Source: a bacterium
GTDB lineage: Bacteria; Arandabacterota; Arandabacteria; Arandabacterales; Arandabacteraceae
Length of the DNA stretch: 32,163 nucleotides
Assembly (NCBI GenBank): GCA_049288275.1
Contig: JBAQHK010000242.1
Location: forward strand, 1 to 32,163
Direction of reading: 5' to 3'
In this document: positions 1 through 8,446 of the stretch, piece by piece
How positions within the stretch are numbered: position 1 is the stretch's first letter
Layout: every line of letters starts with the position of its first letter
Program-made: the position numbers and the translations under genes
The notes under the pieces: generated by a model
The model's input: the letters and a program-made list of their open reading frames with translations, nothing else
What the model was told of the DNA's origin: nothing
The model's database searches: none

Positions 1-941
1 GTCTCAACCACCGGGACGTGCCTGGTAAGCACGTTGCTCGCGGACATGCGCCAGGCGCCCAGCGCGAGGAAGATGGTCAGGACCACAGGAAACTCCTCGG
101 GCAGCATGGCCATCGCAAGGGTTATGCCCGCCAGGAAGCCGTGAAGCCAATCGGCGCGAGTGAGCCCGTAGACCACGACCACTACCAGGCACAGCGTGAG
201 GCCCAGCAGCGCCAGGTCGCGCACCAGCCGCCCGGTTTCCCGCTGCAGCGGGGTGGCCTCCTGGGCGATCGCCGTGAGCGACTTGCCGATCTTGCCGACT
301 TCGGTCGCCTGGCCGGTGGCCCGCACCTGGGCGAATCCGTAGCCTTGCACCACCAGGGTGCTGGAATAGAGGCAGGGCTGATCCTCACCGCCGGGCCTCG
401 CCATTTCGCTGTCGGTCTTGCCCATGGCCTTTCGCACCGGAACCGACTCGCCGGTCAAGAGCGATTCGTCAACCATCATGTTGCCCGAGACCAAGAGCAC
501 GGCATCCGCTGGGACACGGTCTCCCTCGTGAACCACAAGGAGGTCGCCCCGGGCGACATCGCGGCCGGCGATGCGCTTCTCGGCGCCGCCCCGGATCACC
601 AGGGCCCGCGGGCTGGAGAGGTCGCGCAGGGCCTCGAGGGCGCGCTCGGTCTTGCGCTCCTGGTAGAGGGTGATCCCCATCACCACGAAGACGAAGCCTA
701 GGAGCATAGCGGCCTCCTGCTTGTCCCCGAGGATGAGGTAGAGGGCCCCGGCCGCCACCAGCAGCAGGAACATGGGCTCGCGCACAACGCCGTAGGCTAT
801 GGAGAAGATGCTGCGGCTTCTGGAGGAAGGCAGCTCGTTAGGCCCGTCCTCGGCTATCCGCCTGGCAGCCTCGGCCTCGGACAGGCTTGGAAGGTCGCCT
901 ATATTGAAATCTCTGCTGGTCTTGAGCTTTGCGGGATTCAA
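1..941 (-). CDS. P-type cation-transporting ATPase, N-terminal portion (gene continues past window start; partial)
   Basis: Minus-strand translation reads NPAKLKTSRDFNIGDLPSLSEAEAARRIAEDGPNELP...LSSPRALVIRGG...MMVDESLLTGESVPV...LAMAMLPEEFPVVLT. These are the N-terminal GPNEL segment, actuator-domain TGES motif and PEGL-like motif of P2-type ATPases. The ORF is open to position 1. The start is tentatively TTG at 941, preceded by GGGGGAG with 7 nt spacing. There is no in-frame ATG, so the start coordinate is uncertain. Confidence 0.7.
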   Translation of the reverse strand, partial: MNPAKLKTSRDFNIGDLPSLSEAEAARRIAEDGPNELPSSRSRSIFSIAYGVVREPMFLLLVAAGALYLILGDKQEAAMLLGFVFVVMGITLYQERKTERALEALRDLSSPRALVIRGGAEKRIAGRDVARGDLLVVHEGDRVPADAVLLVSGNMMVDESLLTGESVPVRKAMGKTDSEMARPGGEDQPCLYSSTLVVQGYGFAQVRATGQATEVGKIGKSLTAIAQEATPLQRETGRLVRDLALLGLTLCLVVVVVYGLTRADWLHGFLAGITLAMAMLPEEFPVVLTIFLALGAWRMSASNVLTRHVPVVE

Positions 942-1096
942 GGCCCAACTCCCCCCGCGGCGGCCCCGTGGCGGCTGCGCTGCCAGCCGATCGCCGCATA
1001 TCTTGGAGATGATAACCTACCCGCCGGGCTTAGTCAAAGCGCCTGACAGCACCCCAGCTGGGGCACAAGGCGGAAGGAGCAAAGGCACGGAATGGA

Positions 1097-1125
1097 CTTG
1101 ACCTCTCCCACTCCGCGTGGTATAC
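1097..1125 (+). promoter_or_regulatory. Candidate sigma70-type promoter for the OM beta-barrel gene (TTGACC-17-TATACG with TG at -15/-14)
   Basis: TTGACC at 1097-1102, a 17-nt spacer ending in TGG, and TATACG at 1120-1125. This implies a ~150-nt 5' UTR before ATG 1283. Confidence 0.3.
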
Positions 1126-1282
1126 GTCGGCCGATTCTGGCGAACTCCCCAGCATTATCCGATCGAGGATGAGCAGAAGCTGCGTCCGCCTTGGCTGTCT
1201 GTGTACCACAGTACGGTCGGCGGATCGAACAAGGCAGGTGTGACGGGCGGTGCCTACAACCGCGGAAAGGGGTGAAGCCACC

Positions 1283-1987
1283 ATGACCACCAAGGTGCTG
1301 ATCGCAGCCTTGTTGCTCGTAGCCATCGTGATGCCGGCTTACGCCGTGCCCAAGAGTCAGACAGGCGGGGGTCCGAAGGTCGGCCTTACGGTATCCAAGT
1401 GGTCCGGAGATGACGTGGATGAATTCGGGGACCTCCTTGCCTGGGGGATGAATCAGCAATCAGGCTTCGAGGGATGGCACTTCTCATCCAAGTACCGATA
1501 TGGCCTCTCCATCGGAGGATTCATCCGCCACGACGTCAGCCCGCGTTTCTCCATCCAGCCCGAGTTCCTGTACTCGTTCAAGGGCCACAAGTTCGACGGC
1601 GGTGGCTACTACGAAGGCTACCCGGTCGACATGACCATGACCTACAAGACCAACTACCTGGAGATTCCGGTGCTGGGCATACTGTCGACCGCCGACGCGA
1701 GGCGCAATGGCCTGGACCTGCTGCTCGGGCCGTACCTCGCGGTCAAGGTGAGCTCGAAGCTCAGCGTCAAGGCGGAGGTCCTCGGGCAGTCCGAGGAGGA
1801 ATCTACCGATCTTGACTACATCAAGAGCTTCGATCTTGGGCTGATCGTTGGCGCAGGTTTCCATCTGGCCTCCGGTGTCATTGCGGACGCCAGATACGGA
1901 CTGGGCTTGGTGACGGTGTTCGACCAGGAGGGTAGCCCCGAGGTCAAGAATCGGGGCTTCGTAGTCAGCGCGGGCTTCCGCTTCTGA
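1283..1987 (+). CDS. Outer-membrane beta-barrel protein (OmpA-like beta-barrel / porin family), signal peptide, C-terminal Phe
   Basis: ATG 1283 follows AAAGGGG with 9 nt spacing. N-terminus MTTKVLIAALLLVAIVMPAYA is a signal peptide. The protein has alternating hydrophobic beta-strand patterns, is Gly/Tyr-rich and ends ...SAGFRF, the C-terminal aromatic typical of BAM substrates. The ORF-track start at 1250 is probably too far upstream. Confidence 0.7.
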   Translation: MTTKVLIAALLLVAIVMPAYAVPKSQTGGGPKVGLTVSKWSGDDVDEFGDLLAWGMNQQSGFEGWHFSSKYRYGLSIGGFIRHDVSPRFSIQPEFLYSFKGHKFDGGGYYEGYPVDMTMTYKTNYLEIPVLGILSTADARRNGLDLLLGPYLAVKVSSKLSVKAEVLGQSEEESTDLDYIKSFDLGLIVGAGFHLASGVIADARYGLGLVTVFDQEGSPEVKNRGFVVSAGFRF

Positions 1988-2126
1988 CCTGCACCCGGAT
2001 TGATGCGGCAGACCGCTTGCCAGTATTCTGACGGCGGTCCAGGACTCGGCCCCTGCCGACTCTTGGGCCGCCGCCTCACCTTTCGCGCAGGGCGAGTGGT
2101 CCCGCATCGAATCGGCATTTGCGGGA

Positions 2127-2155
2127 TTGACAGACGGCGCCCCGCCTGGTAGGGT
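2127..2155 (+). promoter_or_regulatory. Candidate promoter TTGACA-17-TAGGGT upstream of the FN3/membrane protein gene; -35 embedded in the motif GGGATTGACA
   Basis: TTGACA at 2127-2132, a 17-nt spacer, and TAGGGT at 2150-2155. The 10-mer GGGATTGACA recurs at 6280-6289. Confidence 0.3.
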
Positions 2156-2178
2156 TACCTGTCACGTCAGCCTCCGGG

Positions 2179-3372
2179 GTGCAAGTGAGGAATAAAAGAT
2201 CCTGCTTGGGATCGCATCTGAAGTCATCCCTAGGGTCGATGGTCTTGGCCGCGCTCGTTCTAGCTGCAGCGTGGTCGCCTGCACTTTCCCAGGTCCCTCC
2301 AATGCCCGCAGAGTCGCCCCAGATCACAGGGCTTGCGGCCCACGATACCCCCAGCGATGCCGGCAACAGCATCTCCCTTGAGTGGACCGGCGCCGGCGCG
2401 GCCGCGAACGCGGGGTTAATGGTGCTCCGGGCGACCTCCCCCGAGGGACCCTACGAACTCGTGGGTGAGGCAACGGCCGCCGACCAGGCCTTCGATGACG
2501 CGACCGCCAAGGACGGCGCCAGCTACTACTACAGACTCGCGGCCGCCGGCGCCGACACCGTCTACACCCAGGCCGTGGGCCCGGTCGAGTCAAAGAGCAA
2601 CTGGATCAACCGGGGCAGGATAAACGCCCTGGTGCTCACCACCCTGATGTTCACCCTGGTGGTCGCCTACATCAGGATCGCGCGAGGCGGCAAGCAGCTT
2701 TTCATAAGAAGGATCGCCGGCTTGAGCGCCATCGACGAGGCCGTCGGGCGCGCCACCGAAATGGGCAAGAAGATGCTGTACATTCCCGGCATCATGAGCA
2801 TTAGCGAGATTCAGACCATCGCAAGCCTCTCGATCCTGACCTACGTCGCCAAGCGTGCGGCCATCTATGGGGCCACCCTCGAGGTCCCCAACACCGATCC
2901 CCTGACCTTCACCGCGGCCCGCGAAACCGTCAAGCAGGCCTACATGGAGGCCGGCAAGCCCGAGCAGTTCAAGGAGGACATGGTCACCTACATCACCTAC
3001 GACCAGTTCGCCTACGCGGCGTCGGTCTCCGGCAAGATGGTGAGAGAGCGTCCGGCCACCAACTTCCTCATAGGCTCCTTCTTCGCGGAGTCTCTGATCT
3101 TCGCCGAGACCGGCCAGGGGATTGGCGCCATACAGATCGCGGGGACCGCCGACGTGGTGCAGTTGCCCTTCTTCGTCACTTCATGCGACTACACCCTGAT
3201 GGGCGAGGAGCTTTACGCGGCCAGCGCCTACCTGTCGCACGAACCGGTGCTCCTGGGGAGCATAAAGGCTCAGGACATCGTGAAGGCCATTCTGCTAGCC
3301 GTGATAGGCGTGGGCATAGTGACCTACGCTTTCGGATGGGGCTTCGTGCGGGAAATGCTCAACGCCGTGTAG
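2179..3372 (+). CDS. Uncharacterized envelope protein: signal peptide, fibronectin type III-like domain, then a ~200-aa domain flanked by two transmembrane helices
   Basis: GTG 2179 gives n-region KRS followed by hydrophobic LAALVLAAAWSPALSQ. An alternative ATG lies at 2239. SISLEWTG...GPYELV...ASYYYRLAA is an FN3-like pattern. TM helices are INALVLTTLMFTLVVAYIRI and AILLAVIGVGIVTYAFGWGFV. No family was recognized for the central domain. Confidence 0.6.
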   Translation: MQVRNKRSCLGSHLKSSLGSMVLAALVLAAAWSPALSQVPPMPAESPQITGLAAHDTPSDAGNSISLEWTGAGAAANAGLMVLRATSPEGPYELVGEATAADQAFDDATAKDGASYYYRLAAAGADTVYTQAVGPVESKSNWINRGRINALVLTTLMFTLVVAYIRIARGGKQLFIRRIAGLSAIDEAVGRATEMGKKMLYIPGIMSISEIQTIASLSILTYVAKRAAIYGATLEVPNTDPLTFTAARETVKQAYMEAGKPEQFKEDMVTYITYDQFAYAASVSGKMVRERPATNFLIGSFFAESLIFAETGQGIGAIQIAGTADVVQLPFFVTSCDYTLMGEELYAASAYLSHEPVLLGSIKAQDIVKAILLAVIGVGIVTYAFGWGFVREMLNAV

Positions 3373-3396
3373 CCGCGCTCGCGCCGCCGGGAGAAC

Positions 3397-4002
3397 CTAC
3401 CAGCCGATCCCCGGTTTGGTCTCCATCTTCTTGGTCTCGAAATCTTCCGCCCACAGGACTTCGTTGGTCTCGATGTCGGTGAGCTTCATCGAGAGCCTGT
3501 AGTAGTTGATCGTGATTCTTCCCTCGGACTTGGTTATGCTTCCGAGTTCCCCGTAGAGGAAATAGTCGGCGCCCAGGGCCTTCCCGGCCGACTTGGCCTT
3601 GGCGGGATCGATCAGACCGCCCGCCGCTAGGTCGAACTCCGCGGACATGTCCCGTATGCGCGAACGGTCCACGAAGCGCAGGGACCCTGCCCGGAGAAGC
3701 TCTATCTGGAGCTTGTCCGATATCATGTCGGTGTCGATGTGCTCCGCGGTCTTGTTGCCGATCCTGAGCAGCGCCACTATTGCCGCCGGGGCATCTGCGC
3801 CCCTTATCGCAACAAGCCTGGCCTGAAGCGAGCTATACATCGACTGCGCCATCGCGCGCATGTCGGTGTCGCTGAAACTCGGGCCCAGTTGGGTGGGGTC
3901 TCCAGGCGAGACGTACACCGTCTTACTCGAGCAGCCCGCCGCAGCCGCAAGCAGACAAGAAAGCGCCAAGATCATCCATCTTCGGGCAAACGCTTCGCGC
4001 AT
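3397..4002 (-). CDS. Lipoprotein, LpoB-like (COG3417 penicillin-binding-protein activator family)
   Basis: Start ATG at 4002 is preceded by GGGAGGAGAG with 8 nt spacing. N-terminus MREAFARRWMILALSCLLAAAAGC carries a lipobox (LAAAAG-C). C-terminal YFLYGELGSI...RITINYYRLSMKLTDIETNEVLWA resembles the LpoB C-terminal domain. The ORF-track start at 4161 adds 53 aa lacking coding features. Confidence 0.65.
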   Translation of the reverse strand: MREAFARRWMILALSCLLAAAAGCSSKTVYVSPGDPTQLGPSFSDTDMRAMAQSMYSSLQARLVAIRGADAPAAIVALLRIGNKTAEHIDTDMISDKLQIELLRAGSLRFVDRSRIRDMSAEFDLAAGGLIDPAKAKSAGKALGADYFLYGELGSITKSEGRITINYYRLSMKLTDIETNEVLWAEDFETKKMETKPGIGW

Positions 4003-4144
4003 GATCGTCACTCTCCTCCCTCCTGAGAACCGACAGTTGGACACCCTTGCATTGTGGGCCCGGCGCCGACCCTTGTCAAGGCGGTTCGCGGCGTCAAGAC
4101 GGTTCACAGTGCGCCGGTCGGCCCACTGTGCTAACATCGCAGCC

Positions 4145-5230
4145 GTGCGAATCGTTTTCATCTTGCCGGGTTATCCCTGGCGGCCGGTCGGCGGTTTCAG
4201 GGTGGTCTATGAGTACGCCAACGGGCTCGTGGCGCGGGGCCACGACCTGGCGGTGGTCCACCCGCGCAACCTTCGCAACTGGTCGCCACCGCCCGCCCAC
4301 GGGTCCGCCAGACTGCGTCGGCTGGCAGGGCGCGCCCGGAACGCTCTCTTCAGGCCCGGCGTGCGTTGGAACCCCATCGACAGCCGGGTGAGAATGCTCT
4401 ACGTCGCCGACCCCGCGACCGAGCGCATCCCGGACGCCGACGCGGTGGTCGCCACCGCCTGGCAGACCGCCGAATACGTCGCCGGCTACCCCGCGAGCAA
4501 GGGCCGCAAGTTCTACCTCATTCAGCATTACGAGACCTGGAGCGGCCCGCGCGAGCGCGTGGACGCCACCTGGCGGGCGCCGATGAAGAAGATCGTGATC
4601 GCCAGGTGGCTCGCGGCCAAGGGACTCGAGCTGGGGGTGCCCGCCGAAGACATGGTTCACATCCCCAACGGCATCGACCACACCAGGTTCCGGCCGGTGC
4701 GCCCGCTGGACAGGAGGCCGTCCAGGGCGGCCATGCTGTGGAGTCCACTGGAATGGAAGGGCGCCGGACACGGTCTGAGAGCCATGGAACTGGCGAGGGC
4801 CGAAAGGCCGGGCCTCGAGGCAATCCTCTTCGGAACGGGCCCTACGCCTGGAGGCCTGCCTGCCTGGGCGCCCTACTTCCGCGATCCGCCCCAGCGGGAC
4901 CTGGTGGAGCGCATCTACAACGGCAGCGGCATCTACCTCTGCCCCAGCCTCGCCGAAGGATGGGCGCTGCCGCCCGCAGAGGCGATGGCGTGCGGATGCG
5001 CGCTCGTGGCAAGCGACATAGGCGGGGTCCGCGACTACGCCGACGACGAGGTCACGGCCCTGCTCTCTCCCGCCGGCCAGCCGGAAGCCATGGCAGCCAA
5101 CATCCTGCGCCTGACTGCGGATGACGGGTTGAGACGGCGGCTTGCAGAGGCCGGCCGGCAGAGGATCGCCGACTTCACCTGGCCGAAGAGCACCGATCTC
5201 CTGGAGGCCGAGCTCACAGCACTACGTTGA
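4145..5230 (+). CDS. Glycosyltransferase family 4 (GT-B fold, GT1 superfamily)
   Basis: GTG 4145 gives MRIVFILPGYPWRPVGGFRVVYEYANGL, a typical GT4 N-terminus. C-terminal EGWALPPAEAMACGCALVASDIGGVRDYADDEVTALL is the E-x7-E sugar-donor motif. The ORF-track N-terminal extension from 3860 overlaps the divergent lipoprotein gene and is rejected. Confidence 0.8.
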   Translation: MRIVFILPGYPWRPVGGFRVVYEYANGLVARGHDLAVVHPRNLRNWSPPPAHGSARLRRLAGRARNALFRPGVRWNPIDSRVRMLYVADPATERIPDADAVVATAWQTAEYVAGYPASKGRKFYLIQHYETWSGPRERVDATWRAPMKKIVIARWLAAKGLELGVPAEDMVHIPNGIDHTRFRPVRPLDRRPSRAAMLWSPLEWKGAGHGLRAMELARAERPGLEAILFGTGPTPGGLPAWAPYFRDPPQRDLVERIYNGSGIYLCPSLAEGWALPPAEAMACGCALVASDIGGVRDYADDEVTALLSPAGQPEAMAANILRLTADDGLRRRLAEAGRQRIADFTWPKSTDLLEAELTALR

Positions 5231-6248
5231 CCCGAGCCCCGCAGGTTCCGCAGCAAGCCCCTCCGGTGGCGCCAGCGGCTCGGGCAAGCCCGGTCTTCCA
5301 GGATGAGAAGCCCGACCGCGCTATGAGCTCCGCGCCGCACGCCGGGCAATAGGTGTTCTCGAACCTCCCGGCCGGGAGATTGCCCGCGTAGACGTACTTG
5401 AGCCCGCTGGCAAGACCGATCTCGGCTGCCCGGATCACGCCCTCCGATGACGTCCAGCTGGAGCCGCGGTGCCTGTAGTCCGGATGATACCTGGAGACAT
5501 GCCAGGGGATCTCCGGAGAAACGCCGGCTATAAACTCGGCGATCTGCCCCAGTTCCTCCGGGCGGTCGTTCTCCCCGGGTATCACCAGGGTGGTGATCTC
5601 AAGGAAGATGCCCTTCTCGTGCATCAACCGTATCGCCTCGAGCACCGGTGCGAGCCTGGCCCCGCAAAGCCTCTTGTAGAACTCGTCGCTGAACGACTTC
5701 AGGTCCACGTTCGCGGCGTCTATCACGCCCGCCATCTTCTCCACGGTCTCCGGGGTCTGGTAGCCGTTTGTGACGAAAACGTTCCGCAGACCCTCGCGAG
5801 CCGCCACAAGGGCGGTATCGTAGGCGAATTCGAAGAAGATCGTGGGCTCGGTGTAGGTGTAGGAGATGCTAGCGCACCCGGAGGACCCGGCCTCGGCCAC
5901 CACCTGCTCGGGCGTCCAATCCTCACCCGGAATCCCGGCGCCGTCCCGGACAGCCTGGGAAATCTGCCAGTTCTGGCAGAAGTCACAGCGGAAGTTGCAG
6001 CCCGCCGTGGCTATGGAGTAGGACCGAGTCCCGGGAAGAAAGTTGTAGAGCGGCTTCTTCTCGATCGGGTCCACCGCCGAGGATATCAGCTTGCCGTAGA
6101 CCAGCGACTGCAGCGCGCCCCCGGAGTTCAGGCGCACGTCGCACAGGCCTCGCTTGCCGTCCGAGATCTTGCAGCGGTGGGCGCAGAGCCGGCAAGCCAC
6201 CACGCCGTCCCGAGCCTCCCACAGCATCGCCTGCTTCATGGTTACCAT
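5214..6248 (-). CDS. AmmeMemoRadiSam-system radical SAM enzyme (TIGR04337-like; PflA-related)
   Basis: N-terminus MVTMKQAMLWEARDGVVACRLCAHRCKISDGKRGLC carries the CxxC..C zinc-ribbon-like cap. Radical SAM motif is SIATAGCNFRCDFCQN (CxxxCxxC). The start is at 6248 or 6239. Its 3' end overlaps the convergent GT4 gene by 17 nt. Confidence 0.85.
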   Translation of the reverse strand: MVTMKQAMLWEARDGVVACRLCAHRCKISDGKRGLCDVRLNSGGALQSLVYGKLISSAVDPIEKKPLYNFLPGTRSYSIATAGCNFRCDFCQNWQISQAVRDGAGIPGEDWTPEQVVAEAGSSGCASISYTYTEPTIFFEFAYDTALVAAREGLRNVFVTNGYQTPETVEKMAGVIDAANVDLKSFSDEFYKRLCGARLAPVLEAIRLMHEKGIFLEITTLVIPGENDRPEELGQIAEFIAGVSPEIPWHVSRYHPDYRHRGSSWTSSEGVIRAAEIGLASGLKYVYAGNLPAGRFENTYCPACGAELIARSGFSSWKTGLARAAGATGGACCGTCGARVNVVL

Positions 6249-6279
6249 GGTAGCGCTTCCCGCCCCGCACGGCAATCGT

Positions 6280-6311
6280 GGGATTGACAATCCCCGGGCT
6301 GTTAGTAAGAT
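6280..6311 (+). promoter_or_regulatory. Perfect 7-1-7 inverted repeat GGGATTG-A-CAATCCC centred on TTGACA, with downstream TAAGAT; candidate promoter/operator in the divergent rSAM / 6321 intergenic region
   Basis: GGGATTGACAATCCC at 6280-6294 is a perfect palindrome. TTGACA at 6284-6289, a 16-nt spacer and TAAGAT at 6306-6311 put the TSS within ~5 nt of ATG 6321, a possible leaderless transcript. Confidence 0.3.
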
Positions 6312-6320
6312 ACCGGTAGC

Positions 6321-6950
6321 ATGAACCCGAGATCCCGGATCCTCGCGGCTGCCGGCCTGATTGCCGTGGTTCTGGTCGCCGGCCGCGCCACCCCCACCCA
6401 CGCTGCAAGACGAGTCGGGCTCGAGGCCGGCCATCTTCACAGTTCCAGCGGATGGTACGGCTCCGGGCTGGTCTACGGCGCGACCATCATCGAGGGGACC
6501 GGCAACTTCGGCACCGGCCTCACCATGATGCGGGCCGCCACCTCCGAGGCATCAAGAACGGTCACCAAGACCGGCATCTTCAGGCACACCGACGACTACT
6601 CGGACTTTTGCGTGACCCTGCTGGGGACCTGGACGCGTGCCGACTCCACGCACAAGACCCTGTATTGGGCGGGGCTGGGCCCGCAAGTCCACATCATCTC
6701 CGCGACGCGGCAGCACACCGACGAAGGCTTCGCCGAGTCCGCCCGCGAGTCCCGCTTCGGCATAGGCCTGCTGGGCCGCTGCGAGCGCAAGATCGAGGCC
6801 TTCGGGAGCGTGGCCGTGGCATTGAGCGTGGCGTGCTCGTGGATGGAGTCCGGGATCGACACAAGCGCCGATCCCTATGCGCCCTTCGCGCCGCCCGCCG
6901 GCGCGGTGAGCTCGGTTGCGGTCACCGCGGGCCTATCGCTTCCCTTCTAG
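6321..6950 (+). CDS. Secreted protein, probable small outer-membrane beta-barrel (signal peptide, C-terminal Phe)
   Basis: MNPRSRILAAAGLIAVVLVAGRATPTHA is a signal peptide. The Gly/Thr/Ser-rich mature part has amphipathic beta-strand-like segments and ends ...LSLPF. No specific family was assigned. Confidence 0.5.
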   Translation: MNPRSRILAAAGLIAVVLVAGRATPTHAARRVGLEAGHLHSSSGWYGSGLVYGATIIEGTGNFGTGLTMMRAATSEASRTVTKTGIFRHTDDYSDFCVTLLGTWTRADSTHKTLYWAGLGPQVHIISATRQHTDEGFAESARESRFGIGLLGRCERKIEAFGSVAVALSVACSWMESGIDTSADPYAPFAPPAGAVSSVAVTAGLSLPF

Positions 6951-6970
6951 GTCGCGCCCCACGTGGCAGG

Positions 6971-8410
6971 CTAGCAATCCAGGTAGAGCTCTATCTCGTA
7001 GGGATGCGGATGCTGTCCCACCGGATAGACCTCCAGCCTGTACTTCATGTCGATCCAGGTCGAAATCAGATCCTCGGTGAAGACGTCTCCCGCCAGCAGA
7101 AAGTCGTGGTCCGCCCGCAGGGCCTCGAGCGCCTCGTGCAGGTCGAGGGGCATGCTCATAATGCCCTTGGCCGCAAGATCGGAGACCTTGAAGGCGTTCA
7201 AGTCGAAGGGGCCGAAGCCCTCCCGCTGGGGATCTATCTTGTGCCTGATGCCGTCCAGGCCCGCCATCAGCATCGCGGCGGTCGCCAGATAGGGGTTGGA
7301 GCTGCCGTCCGAGGGCCTGAACTCCACCCGGGCGTCCCGCTCGAGACCCATCCCCTTGGGGATGCGCACCGCGGCGCTTCGGTTGGCGATGGAATAGGTG
7401 AAGCAAACCGGGGCTTCAAACCCGGGAACAAGCCGCTTGTAAGAGTTGGTGCTCGGGCAGGTCAAGGCCAGGAGCGCCCTGCCGTGCTTCAAGAGGCCGC
7501 CGATGTAGTAGAGAGCCTCTCGGCTGAGGCTGCCGTATCCGCCCCTCTTGAAGAAGATGTTACGGCCTGCCTTCGCCAGGTGCTGATGGAAGTGCATGCC
7601 GTTTCCGGGCTGGCCAAAGATGGGCTTGGGTATGAAGGTGGCCACCAGGTTGTGCGCGGCGGCGAGATTCTTGATGAAGTACTTGGCCGTGATGATGTTG
7701 TCCGCCGTAGTCAAGAGCCCCGCAGGTCTGACTTCGATCTCGCACTGACCGGCCGAACCTCCCTCGTGGTGCGCGTACTTGACCTCTATGCCGGCCCGCC
7801 CGATCCTCTCGACCATCAGCGACCGCAGCCCCAGATGGCGATCCAACGGCGGCACGGCATGATAGCCCTTGCCGCTTATCCAAGGATAGGTCTTGCCGGC
7901 CCAGTCGGGCTCGATGCCCGCGGAGAGGGACTTGACGGTGTAGCCGGTAACAGCGGGCAACCCCAGGATCTTCACCTCGTCCAGCAGGTTGAACTCCAGC
8001 TCGGGCATGAAGTAGGCCCGGTCGGCGATTCCTGTCCGCATCAAGTACTTCTCGGCCTTGCTTGCCACCAGCCTGGGATCCCTCGCGAAGGGCTTCTTGG
8101 TGTCAGCCTCGACCACGTAGCAGATGAAGCTCGCCAGGGCGACCTCCGCCCCCGCGGGATCCTCGATGAAGTGGCTCGCCGGATCGGGGATCAGGCTCAG
8201 GTCGCCGCTTTCCAGCCTGGTGAACCCCGGCACACTCGAGCCGTCAAAGGCCACGCCCCGACTGAAGGTCTCCTCGTTGAAGTTCGAGACTGGAAGTACC
8301 ACCTGGTGCCAGCGGCCGGGGAGGTCAACGAATTTGAGACTGACCTCCCTGACCCCGGACTTCTTGACCCAGGTCAAGGCTTTGCTGATCACGCCAGTCC
8401 GTCCTGCCAT
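6971..8410 (-). CDS. glnA: Glutamine synthetase, type I
   Basis: KPIFGQPGNGMHFHQH and the C-terminal ...IDMKYRLEVYPVGQHPHPYEIELYLDC are GS signatures. The ~480-aa length matches GSI. Preferred start is ATG 8410 (GGCGAGG 7 nt upstream) rather than GTG 8419. Confidence 0.85.
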   Translation of the reverse strand: MAGRTGVISKALTWVKKSGVREVSLKFVDLPGRWHQVVLPVSNFNEETFSRGVAFDGSSVPGFTRLESGDLSLIPDPASHFIEDPAGAEVALASFICYVVEADTKKPFARDPRLVASKAEKYLMRTGIADRAYFMPELEFNLLDEVKILGLPAVTGYTVKSLSAGIEPDWAGKTYPWISGKGYHAVPPLDRHLGLRSLMVERIGRAGIEVKYAHHEGGSAGQCEIEVRPAGLLTTADNIITAKYFIKNLAAAHNLVATFIPKPIFGQPGNGMHFHQHLAKAGRNIFFKRGGYGSLSREALYYIGGLLKHGRALLALTCPSTNSYKRLVPGFEAPVCFTYSIANRSAAVRIPKGMGLERDARVEFRPSDGSSNPYLATAAMLMAGLDGIRHKIDPQREGFGPFDLNAFKVSDLAAKGIMSMPLDLHEALEALRADHDFLLAGDVFTEDLISTWIDMKYRLEVYPVGQHPHPYEIELYLDC

Positions 8411-8446
8411 ATCCCGCACCTCGCCTGTCTTGAGTTCCCTGCGCGT

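Noticed and set aside
18-701. 227-aa plus-strand ORF at the window start
   Set aside because: The opposite strand encodes unmistakable P-type ATPase motifs (TGES, GPNEL region). The plus-strand product has no features.
3397-4161. Upstream 53-codon extension of the lipoprotein ORF
   Set aside because: The strong SD (GGGAGGAGAG) and a canonical signal peptide/lipobox begin at the internal ATG 4002. The extension is Arg-rich and overlaps the divergent promoter region.
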